Source of the DNA: Chiloscyllium plagiosum
Taxonomy: Eukaryota
Assembly (NCBI RefSeq): GCF_004010195.1
Contig: NC_057749.1
Span: 20,857,445-20,877,444, forward strand
DNA: 20,000 nucleotides
Direction: 5' to 3'
In this document: positions 11,244-20,000 of the stretch, in pieces
How positions within the stretch are numbered: position 1 is the first letter of the stretch
Layout of the letters: every line of letters begins with the position of its first letter
Position numbers and translations under genes: made by a program
The notes under the pieces: model-generated
Seen by the model: the letters and a program-made list of their open reading frames with translations, nothing else
What the model was told of the DNA's origin: nothing
Database searches by the model: none

Positions 11244-11610
11244 ATCAGTTTTATTTTGTAAAGTTAAAATAAACATTGCTATCTTTTAACAGATAGAAGG
11301 CACATCTAAACAATATGGCTGTTCACTGTAAAGGTAAGACTAACAGACAAGCAACCAACCCGAACCCATTGGGACTGACTAGCTCCTTCCAGACTGTTAC
11401 GTACATAAATATCAGTGGGTGGAGCTACACTGAGTGCTCAGTATTAAACCTTTCAGGAAAGATGCCTTATATAACAAATTCGCCTTCCCCATGTTGGTTT
11501 CATATTCTTTAATCCCTTTACTAATATAAAATGATGAACCTATGCTCTGAACTATTCAATTGACCTTTAGATTTAGCAGCCCTTTAGATTAGTGACATCT
11601 GGAATTGATG

Positions 11611-11698
11611 TGATATGGTTTATTATTGTCACATGCACCAAGATACAGTGAAAAGTGTTGTTTTGTGTGCTATCCAGACAAATCATACCTTACATAAG
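11611..11698 (-). mobile_element. Rex1/Babar-type 3' tail, probably the detached 3' end of the LINE at 12996-16780
   Basis: tttattattgtcacatgcaccaagatacagtgaaaagtg is a recalled Rex1-type terminus. Same strand as the body, separated from it only by PLE insertions. Confidence 0.5.
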
Positions 11699-12082
11699 GA
11701 CTGGATATAAGTTTGCTCGCTGAGCTGGAAGGTTCGTTTTCAGACGTTTTGTCACTATGCTAGATAACATCATCAGTGATCCTCCGGTGAAGCACTGGTA
11801 TTAGTGACCTGCTTTCTATTTATGTATTTAGGTTCCTTGTGTTGGTGATGTCAGTTCCTATGGTGATGCAATTTGCTGTAGTGATGTTATTTCCTGTTCT
11901 TCTGTAAATGGTAAATGGGATCCAAGTCGATGTGTTTGGTGATAGAGTTCCGGTTGGAATGCCATGCTTCTAGGAATTCTGGTGTGTGTCTCCGTTTGGC
12001 TTGTCCTAGGATGGATGCGTTATCCATGTCAAAGTGGTGTCCTTCCACATCCGTATGTAAGGATACTAGTGAGAATGGGTCA
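11699..12082 (-). mobile_element. Penelope-like element, second family, 3' fragment (GIY-YIG C-terminus plus terminal repeat)
   Basis: SLVSLHTDVEGHHFDMDNASILGQAKRRHTPEFLEAWHSNRNSITKHIDLDPIY matches the PLE endonuclease C-terminus (H.FD..N..IL......RE.LEAW.S...IN). Hammerhead motif downstream. Confidence 0.85.
11740..11779 (-). ncRNA. Mutated minimal hammerhead ribozyme motif
   Basis: Minus strand TCA-CTGATGA-T-GTTATC-TAGCAT-AGTGAC-AAAA-CGTC-TGA. Stem I is TCA/TGA, the cleavage triplet is GUC, and the GAAA box reads AAAA. Confidence 0.6.
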
Positions 12083-12995
12083 GACTGCAATTTCCCCTCC
12101 CACGTGGTTGAAGATGCCCTCCAATGCATCTCATCCACGTTCTGCACCTCTGCTCTCAGATTCCACCCCTCCAACCGCAACAAGGACAGAACTCCGCCCC
12201 CCCACTCCAGTCCTCACCTTCCACCCCACCAACTTCCGCATAAATCACATCATCCGCTGACATTTCCGTCACCCACCAGGGACCCCACCACCAGGGATAT
12301 ATTTCCCTCCCCACCTCTATCCACTTTCCGTAAAGACTGTTCCCTCCACGGCTACCTGGTCAAGTCCATGCCCCCTAACAACCCACCCTCCCCATCTGGC
12401 ACTTTTTCCTGCTACCGCAGGAATTGCAAAACCTGCGCCCACACCTCCCCCCACCTCTGTCCAAGGCCCTAAAGGAGCCTTCCACATCCATCAAAGTTTC
12501 ACCTGCACTTCCACACCTATCATTTATTGCATCTGCTGCTCCCAATGCGTTCTCGCCTACATTGGGGAGACAAGACGCCTTCTCGCAGAGTGCTTCAGAG
12601 AACATTTCCCGGACAGCTGCACCAATCAACCTCACCACCCCATGGCCGAACATTTCAACTCCCCCTCCCACACTGCTGAAATCATGCAGGTCCTGGGCCT
12701 CCTCCATCGCCACTCCCTCACCACCCGACGCCTGGAGGAAGAATACCTCATCTTTCACCTCGGGACACTTCAACCCCATGGCATCAAAATGGACTTCACC
12801 AGTTTCTTCATTCCCCGCTCCCCCCACCTTACCCCTGTTCCCCTCCCCCCACCTTCCAGTTCATCACCACCCTCATGACCTGTCCCACCTGTCCATCTTC
12901 CTTCCTACCTATCCTCTCCACCCTCCTCTCTGACTTAATACCATCATCCCCACCTCCAACCACCTATTGCACTCTCAGCTGGCTTCTTCTCAGCT
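12083..12995 (+). mobile_element. Penelope-like element (same family as 761-1762), lacking the terminal repeat
   Basis: PSGTFSCYRRNCKTCAH and MAEHFNSPSHTAEIMQVLGLLHRHSLTTRRLEEEYLIFHLGTLQPHGIKMDF. Colinear with 761-1620. Confidence 0.87.
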
Positions 12996-13395
12996 CCGCT
13001 TCCTGGAGTCGATGACCAGCTTCTTCACTTTGCTGACATTGAGGGTGAGATTGTTGTCTTCACACTATGCCACTATGCTGATTGTCTCTTTGTGGTACTC
13101 TGTCTTGTTGTTGTTTGAGATGTGACCCACCAATGAGACCACCATAGCAAATCTGTAAACTGAGTTAGAGCTGCATTTGGCCACACAGACATGAGTCTAT
13201 AAGGAGTATAATAACGTAGCCTTGTGGGGCACTGCTGTTGAGGATTATTGAGGAGGAGGTGATGTTGCGATCCTTACTGAAGTAACTGCACAGAGGCCAT
13301 TGTCCCCTCACCAAGCCACCCTTTATTTACTAGTGCACAGTATACATATCAGTTGAGTCAGTCCTCAACTGAGGAGATTCTAATCGCCAGTTTAA

Positions 13396-13919
13396 TTTTT
13401 TTTCTTTTTTTTCTTTTTTTTTTAACCCCCACACTACCACCTAAGTGCAGTAGTGCTTATTTTTTTTTCCCCCAGCACCCATGGTGTGTGTGTGCAGGTG
13501 TGAGACACAGTGAAAGACACAAAGTGCACGAATCTTTATTCAAATTCCACCACCAGGAAGATAGGAAAACACCTGGGTGGGCAGTGACATACACTGCCCT
13601 TCACATCAAGGAGCAGTGCTGTGTGATCAAAACAGTGAGGGGGAGGGTAGGGACTAAAACAAAATAGAATTGGAGGGAGAAATGATGCACTCCACTCCCA
13701 GCGGCGCCCACCTCTCCCTGAACAACTCCAGGGTGTTGGTGGACACCGCGTGCTCCTTCTCCAAGGACACCCGGGCTCTAACGTAACCGCGGAAGAGGGG
13801 CAGGCAGTCGGCCCGAACGACGCCCTCCATGGCCCGCTGCCTCGACCTGTTAATGGCCAGTTTGGCCAGGCCCAGGAGCAGACCCACGAGGAGGTCTTCA
13901 GACCTGCCCTCCTTCCTCA
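13396..13919 (-). mobile_element. L1/Tx1-like non-LTR element, 5'-truncated (ORF2 C-terminus, 3'UTR, A-rich tail)
   Basis: Open GC/CpG-rich frame 13654-13920 (LLLGLAKLAINRSRQR..LFRGYVRARVSLE..FRERW) resembles Tx1-type ORF2 C-termini. AATAAA on the minus strand, T-tract at 13396-13423, flanking repeat TAATCGCC(A/G)GTTTAA at 13381-13395 and 13920-13934. Confidence 0.75.
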
Positions 13920-13934
13920 TAATCGCCGGTTTAA

Positions 13935-14500
13935 TTTTTTTTTTGCTTTTTAGTGAAGGGGAGGGGAGGGACTAAATCAAAATAGAGGGGTCCCTGTTTA
14001 TTTATTTATTTATTTCTTAAATTTAACCCCCACACTACCACCTAAGTGCGGTAGTGCTTATTTTATCCCCAGCACCCATGGTGTGTGTGCACAGGTGTGA
14101 GACACAGTGAAAGACACAAAGTGCACCAATCTTTATTCAAATTCTAGAGGGGTCCCTGTTTATATTTATTCATTTTTTTTCCTTTTAACCCCCACACTAC
14201 CACCTAAGTGGAAAACACCCGGGTGGGGTTTAATTTTTTTTTTCCTTCTTTTTTTTAAGTGCGGTAGTGCTTATTTTATCCCCAGCACCCATGGTGTGTG
14301 TGCAGGTGGGAGACACAGTGGAAGACACAAAGTGCACGAATCTTTATTCAATTTCCACCACCAGGAAGATAGGAAAACACCCGGGTGGGGTTTAATTTTT
14401 TTTTTTTTTGCTTTTAATGCTGTTTATTTTTTTTTCCTTTTTTTTTCTTTTTTTTTAAAAACAGTGAAGGGGAAGGTCCCCGTTTGTTTTCGGGTGGGGT
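13935..14500 (-). repeat. Stack of short truncated copies of the same 3'UTR, each with its own T-rich tail
   Basis: Near-identical blocks (aacccccacactaccacctaagtg; cagcacccatggtgtgtg..gacacaaagtgcac..aatctttattcaa) recur at ~14025-14144, ~14187-14210 and ~14256-14389. Further pieces at ~13952-13987 and ~14457-14476. Confidence 0.85.
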
Positions 14501-16899
14501 TTAATTGGTCAGCCAAGGCTTTCCTGATTGGTCCAGGCTAATAACCTCAATCAAGAACCTCGTAGTTAACGAGGTCAACCTGGTCCCAATCACTACACTG
14601 ACTGATTGCAGTCGGTGGATCAGAGAGTCGAGGATCTAGTTGCAGAAGGGGGAGCAGTGTCCTAGATCTCAGAGTTAGGAGATGAGTTTGGTTGGAATTA
14701 TCGTGTGAAAGGCAGAGCTAAAACTATAAATAGGTGTCCTTGTTATCCAGATGTTTCAGGGATGAGTATAGGGCCAGGGTGATGACATTGCTGTGGACTT
14801 GTTATGATGGTAGATGTGTTGTAGCAGATCAAGGCAGTCTGGGAGGCTGTGTGCCATCACTAACCTCTCGAAGCACTTCATAATGATGGATGTCAGAGCC
14901 ACTGGGCGCTAGTCATGAAGGCTGAGTTTTCTTTGGTAATGGGATGATAGTGGTCTTCTTGAAGCAGATGGGAACCTCACGGTTGTAAGGAGAGATTAAA
15001 GATACTCCCACAACTGGTCCATGCAGGATCTGAGTGTACAGCTGGGGCCGCCATCCAGGCGAGTCACCGTCTGTGGGTTCACCCTTAAAGAAGTCCAATC
15101 TGATGTCTGTGGTGTAGACTGTGGGTACAGCTGCACCCAAGGCTGTCGAGCAGATCACATCATTTCACTGACCTTCTGGTCAAAATCAGCATTGAGCTCA
15201 CTGGTGAGGGATGCATTGTTGTCAGTGATTCTACTCAACCTCACTCTGTAGCCCGTTATATTGTTTAAGCTTTGCCTCAGTCGACATATGTTCGGGCGGT
15301 TAGTCTGGAACTGCAGTTTAGTCTGGTATTGTCTCTTGGTGTCACTGATGGTTTTGCAAAGATCGTACCCAGGTTTTCTATATAAGTGAGGGTCACCCGA
15401 CTTGAATGTCTCAGACCTGGGCTACAGTAGGGAGTGGATCTCCCAGTTCATCCATGCTTTCCGTTAGCGGGACACTTGGATTAACTTCCTTGGCACACAG
15501 TCCTCTACACACTTGCTGATGAAGTCTGTGATGGTAGTGGCATAATTATTAAGGTTGGCCACTGAGTTTTTAAATATGGACCAGTCCACTGACTCCAAGC
15601 AGTCACGTAGGAACTCATCCATTCCCTCAGATCAACACTGCAAGACTTTCTGTACTGGATTCTCACACTTCTACTTATAAACTGGGAGAAGGAGCACAGC
15701 CTTATGGTCTAATTTACCAAATTGCAAGCAGGGAATGAAGCAGTAGACATCTTTGATGAACGTGAAGCAATTCCCCAGGTTAGTAGGCCTTTGGTGGAAC
15801 AAGAGATGTGTTGGTGGTATCTTGGTAGCATACTCTTGTGGTTGGCCTGGTTGAAGTCACTGGCTATGATGAACAAGGCCTTGGATGGTCTGTCTCAAGG
15901 CAATTTGTAACGGTGTATATTTCATCAACTGCGCTCTTCACTTCTGCATGGGGTGGGTGTATATTGCTGTTGGTGTAGTAGAAGTAAATTCCCACAGTTG
16001 GTATAGGGATAGCACTTCACTGTTAGATATTCTAGGTCTGGGAAGCAGTAACTTGTCAGAATCCAAGCTCAAAGAGGTGATGATCAGGAGGCAAACCCCT
16101 CCACCCTTTGCCTTGCCCGAAGATGCTATGTGGTCTGTCTGGTGAATTGAGAAACCTTCAGGTTGTAAGGCACAGTCAGGTGAAGCAGAAATGAGACTTG
16201 TCTCTGCACAGCACACAGCAGTCTCTCAATTCCCTTTAGTGGGTAAGCCTAGCTTAAGTTCATCCATCTCATTTTCAATGGCTTGGTTATTTTCAAGGAG
16301 TATGCAAGGGTGGAGTGACTTGAAACCGGGTTGTTTCAGTCTCACCTACAGGCCAGTGCATCTCCCATATTTCTTCAGTAAGTGGTTGCTTTGGGTTGGG
16401 CCTGGCAGTAGATGTGGATAGTCTGTTATTCTAGAAAGTAAATGTGTGCATTTGGTGTGTTCCTGGGCCCTGGTCATGGCTGGGGAGCTCCTGGCAGCGA
16501 TGGGGAGGGGTGATCTTGTTCTCAGTCCGTTGGGCCTTGATGTCAGATCTCCATGACGTTGGGTAGGGTATTGGGTCCATGTCGGCTCCACTCCATAGAG
16601 GCGGGTCACCGATTGATTTCCGAGTCAAGCCTTCGAGAAGCCAGTACGTGGCCAGTCACTTCGTTGTCATGGTCACAGTCGGAAGTCAGGTCAAATTGGT
16701 TCATTGGAGGCAGACACTCCGGGAGGTCCTGGTTTCTTTGGGCCATTGGTTGTTTCCAAAGGTCAAAAGATCGGCAGACCTGTAATTAGATTTAAGAGAA
16801 CTTTGTTAGCAATTCTGAGAGACTTACAATTGAGATTTAAAACAGCAAGATGAGAATAAAAGGTGTGAGGGGATGATCTGCTGGGGCCAACTTGCAAAG

Positions 16900-17057
16900 A
16901 GTCACCACACTCCAGTGTCATTTTGTTGCATGGAATTCTCTCTCCCTTGTATGAAAAGTGTTCTCTGTCTTCAAATCTGAATGACCTCACCCTGATTTTA
17001 GGTTTATGCCCCTTGATTGGATCTCCCTCCAACCAGAGATGGTAGTTTCTCTCTATC
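16900..17057 (-). mobile_element. Old CR1 3' fragment
   Basis: GDPIKGHKPKIRVRSFRFEDREHF is a decayed RGH..KIRGR.FR.E.R..FF motif. Confidence 0.6.
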
Positions 17058-18276
17058 AGATATGCAGAGAGCAATACATATCAGCAAACATGTATCACAG
17101 AATAATAGGGTTGTAATAGGAGGGCGTTTAAAATTTCCCAGTGTCGACTGGGGCTGCCAAAGTGTTAAGGGCTTGGCTGGGGAGGAATTTATTAAGAGTA
17201 TTCAGGAAAACATTTTCATTCAATATGTCAATGGCTTTATTAAAGAAGGAGCAAAACTCAAGCTCTCTTGGGAATTAAGGCAGGGCAAGGGACTAAAGTG
17301 AGAGTGGGACAGCAATTTGGGACAAGTGACTGTAATTCTATTAATTTTTACAAAAGTTATGGAAAAGAATAGATGTGATCCACAAGTTAAAGGTTTAAAT
17401 TGGGTCAAGGTTAAATTGGGTTGACGGTATTAGATAGGAACTTTCAAAAGTTGATTAGGAGAGGCTGTTCGCAGGTAAAGGAACATCTGGGAAGTGGGAT
17501 ACTTCCAAAAGGGAAATAATAAGAATTCAAGGCCAGAATATTCCTATTAGTGTGAAAGGCAAGTCTGGCAGAAGTAGGGAAGCCTGGATAACTAGAGATG
17601 TTGAGGCTGTGGTCAAGAAAAAGAAGAAGGGATACATCAGGTCTGTACAGCTGAGATTGAGTATGGGGGTATTGGAGTATACTTAAGAGGGAATTCAGGA
17701 GGACAAAGGGTGACATGAGATAGCTTTGGCAGATAGATAAAGGAGAATCCAAAGAGATTTACAAGTATATTAATGGCAAAAGAGTAACTAGTGAGAGAAT
17801 AGGGCCTCTTAAAGATCAACAAAGCTGTCTATGTGTGGAACCACAGGAGATGGGTAAGATCCTAAACAAATATTTCGCATCAGTATTTACCATGGAGAAA
17901 GGTATGGAAGCTAAGGAACTCAGGGAAATAAATAGTGATGTCTTGAAAAGAGCCCACATTACAGAGGAGGAGGTGCTGGAGATCTTAAAATGCATTAAGG
18001 TAGATAAATCCCTGTGCCCTGGTCAAGTGTATTCCAGAACATTGTAGAAAGCTAGGGAAGAGTTTGCTGGGCCCCTTGTTGAAATGTTTGTATTATCAGT
18101 AACCAGGGGTGAGTTTCTGGAAGACTGGACAGTGGCTAATGTTGTGCCATTATATAAGAGAGGCTACAAGAAAAGCCAGGGAACTACAGAACAGTCAGTG
18201 GTGGGCAAATCGTTGGAGGGGATTTTGAGATCCAGGATTTAGATGTATTTGGAATGGCAAGAACTGTTTAGGGATA

Positions 18277-18419
18277 ATGAGTGGTGCTGGAAGTGCTGGT
18301 GTTGGACTGGGGTGGATAAAGGTGACAACCACCTGATGAAGGAGCAGCGCTTCGAAAGCTAGTGCTTCCACATAAACCCATTGGACTATAACCTGGTGTT
18401 GTGTGATTTTTTTAACTTT
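18277..18419. mobile_element. 143-bp PLE terminal-repeat mini-insertion inside the CR1
   Basis: Flanked by GTTTAGGGATA (18266-18276) and GTTCAGGGATA (18420-18430), 10/11 identical. CR1 sequence resumes directly afterwards (RDSQHGF). Contains a hammerhead core. Confidence 0.75.
18327..18367 (+). ncRNA. Minimal (type I) hammerhead ribozyme with intact core
   Basis: CAC-CTGATGA(18333-18339)-A-GGAGC-AGC-GCTTC-GAAA(18354-18357)-GCTA-GTG. Stem I CAC/GTG, 5-bp stem II with one GU, palindromic AGCT stem III, CUA cleavage triplet ending at 18361. Confidence 0.75.
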
Positions 18420-18610
18420 GTTCAGGGATAGTCAGCATGGTTTTGTGCGTGGAAAATTGTGTCTCACATACTTGATTGAGTGTTTTGAAGAGGTGATCAG
18501 GAAGGTAGATGAAGGCAGAGCAGCGACCATTATCTACATGGACTTTAGCAACGCCTTCAACAAGGTTTTGCATGAGAGACTGGTTAGTAAGATTTAGATC
18601 ACATGGGATC

Positions 18611-18845
18611 TTGAATAACCCTTCAGAGGCTGGCATCCCGTCACTAAGCCACCTTTTATTTACACATGGAGAGCCCTTGACATGATCCAGCTCCCTCGGA
18701 GCCAGCTGTCAGAGTGAACAGGATGTGTGACACTTTTGTTCTTATCTGTCAGTTATGGCTCTCGAATTGAACCAGATTAACAGCTCCAATCAGAGAACTC
18801 CTATTCTATGAGGTCCACCTGGCAGACCTTGTTACAATCACTACA
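18611..18845 (-). mobile_element. Solo LTR (235 bp) inserted in the CR1
   Basis: Perfect 5-bp TSD GGATC (18606-18610 and 18846-18850). Minus strand starts TGTAGTGATTG and has AATAAA about 45 nt from the 3' end. Homologous to the halves at 13278-14597. Confidence 0.8.
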
Positions 18846-19345
18846 GGATCCAGGGAGAGCTGGCCAATTCGATCCAAAATTGGCTTGACTGTAGGAGACA
18901 GGTGGTGATAGAGGGTTGTGTTCAGATCAGAGGCCTGTGACCAGCAGTGTGCTGAAAGGATCGGTGCTAGATTCATTGTTGTTTGTCATTTATATAAATA
19001 ATTTGAATGAGCATGTAGGAGCAAATTGATGGTATAGTGGAAAGTCAAGAAGGTTATCTAAGAGTACAAAGGGATTTTGACCAATTGGCCCAGTGGGAGG
19101 AGAAAAGGCAGGTGGATTTTAATTCAGGGGAAAGATATCAAAGAGACCTAAGGGGCAACTTTTTCACTCAGTGGGTGGTGCGTGTATGGAATGAGCTGCC
19201 AGAGGAAGTGGTGGAGGCTGGTACAATTGCAACATTTAAAAGGCATCTGGTATATGAATAGGAAGGGTTTGGAGGGATATGGGCCAGATGCTGGCAGGTG
19301 GAATATCTGATTAGCATGGATGGGTTGGACCGAAGGGTCTGCTTC

Positions 19346-20000
19346 CATAAGACCATAAGACCATAAGACATAGGAGCGGAAGTAAGGCCATTCGGCCCAT
19401 TGAGTCCACTCCGCCATTCAATCATGGCTGATGGGCATTTCAACTCCACTTACCCGCATTCTCCCCGTAGCCCTTAATTCCTTGTAACATCAAGAATTTA
19501 TCAATTTCTGCCTTGAAGACATTTAGCATCCCAGCCTCCACTGCACTCTGTGACAATGAATTACACCGGCCCACCACTCTCTGGCTGAAGAAATGTCTCT
19601 GTATTTCTGTTCTGAATTTACCCCCTCTAATTTTAAGGCTGTGTCCATGGGTCCTAGTCTCCTCGCCTAACGGAAACAATTTCCTAGTCCACCCTCTCCA
19701 AGCCATGTATTATCTTGTAAGTTTCTATTAGATCTCCCCTTAATCTTCTAAACTCCAATGAATACAATCCCAGGATCCGTAGCCGTTCGTCATATGTTAG
19801 ACCTACCATTCCAGGGATCATCCGTGTGAATCTCCGCTGGACACGCTCCAGTGCCAGTATGTCCTTCCTGAGGTGTGGGGACCAAAACTGGACACAGTAC
19901 TCCAAATGGGGCCTAACCAGAGCTTTATAAAGTCTCAGTAGCACAACGGTGCTTTTATATTCCAACCCTCTGAGATAAATGACAACATTGCATTCACTTT
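19346..20000 (-). mobile_element. Relatively young CR1 LINE 3' part, running off the window end
   Basis: Almost intact ORF2 C-terminus LYKALVRPHLEYCVQFWSPHLRKDILALERVQRRFTRMIPG..LYSLEFRRLRGDLIETYKI, with one frameshift near 19686, continuing LFPLGEETRTHGHSLKIRGGKFR..IKGYGENAGKWS*. Tail is 3x CATAAGAC at 19346-19369. Confidence 0.95.

Larger units (their letters stand above)
13278..14597 (-). mobile_element. Solo LTR (halves ~13278-13395 and ~14500-14597) split by a nested insertion cluster
   Basis: TG...CA termini (TGAAGTAAC...AATCACTACA), 5-bp flanking repeat CTTAC/CTGAC (4/5), AATAAA on the minus strand at 13322-13327. Both halves are colinear with the uninterrupted copy at 18611-18845. 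Confidence 0.75.
12996..16780 (-). mobile_element. Rex1/Babar-clade LINE, long decayed copy (APE endonuclease plus RT), interrupted at 13278-14597; 5' boundary approximate
   Basis: APE: CCAETSL..SPDCALQPEGFSIHQTD..SGKAKGGGVCLLI (15938-16216). RT: EVPICFKKTTIIPLPKK (14913-15158). Late RT: CEDNNLTLNVSKVKKLVID (~13005-13065). Many stops and frameshifts. Confidence 0.85.
17059..19345 (+). mobile_element. CR1 (HER1-like) LINE, long decayed ORF2 with two nested insertions and an internal deletion near 19125
   Basis: NNRVVIGG..FPSVDW (APE), EMGKILNKYFASVFT, RDSQHGFVRGKLCLTYLIECFEEV..IYMDFSNAFNKVLHERL (RT), DLRGNFFTQWVVRVWNELPEEVVEAGTIATFKRHL and the CR1 tail. Confidence 0.92.

Noticed and set aside
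13350..13371. Hairpins CAGTTGAG/CTCAACTG and ACCTCGT/ACGAGGT (14557-14575) in the split LTR
   Set aside because: Not evidently preserved in the sister LTR at 18611-18845, so there is no support for function.
13381..14504. CRISPR-like or regular tandem repeat-spacer array
   Set aside because: The context is eukaryotic, unit lengths are irregular, the intervening segments are copies of each other, and there are no cas genes. Nested retroposition explains it better.

Overview
Eukaryotic, non-coding, repeat-saturated DNA. The repeat inventory points to a cartilaginous fish, most likely a shark; this is inferred from recalled repeat families, not from a search. It comprises HE1-type V-SINEs with CR1/HER1-like tails, many CR1 LINE fragments, a Rex1/Babar LINE, three Penelope-like element (PLE) families, an L1/Tx1-like element and two related solo LTRs. 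I found no host gene exon, rRNA, true tRNA or CRISPR array, and every recognisable ORF is a broken retroelement fragment. The most unusual structure is at 13278-14597: a solo LTR, itself inside a Rex1 LINE, has been hit repeatedly at one position by 5'-truncated L1/Tx1-like 3' ends. Each unit begins after a GTTTA motif that is regenerated by target-site duplication, giving a stacked insertion array. The window also has three minimal hammerhead ribozyme motifs from three different PLE families. One (18327-18367) keeps an intact catalytic core and lies in a 143-bp, apparently internally inverted, TSD-flanked mini-insertion.
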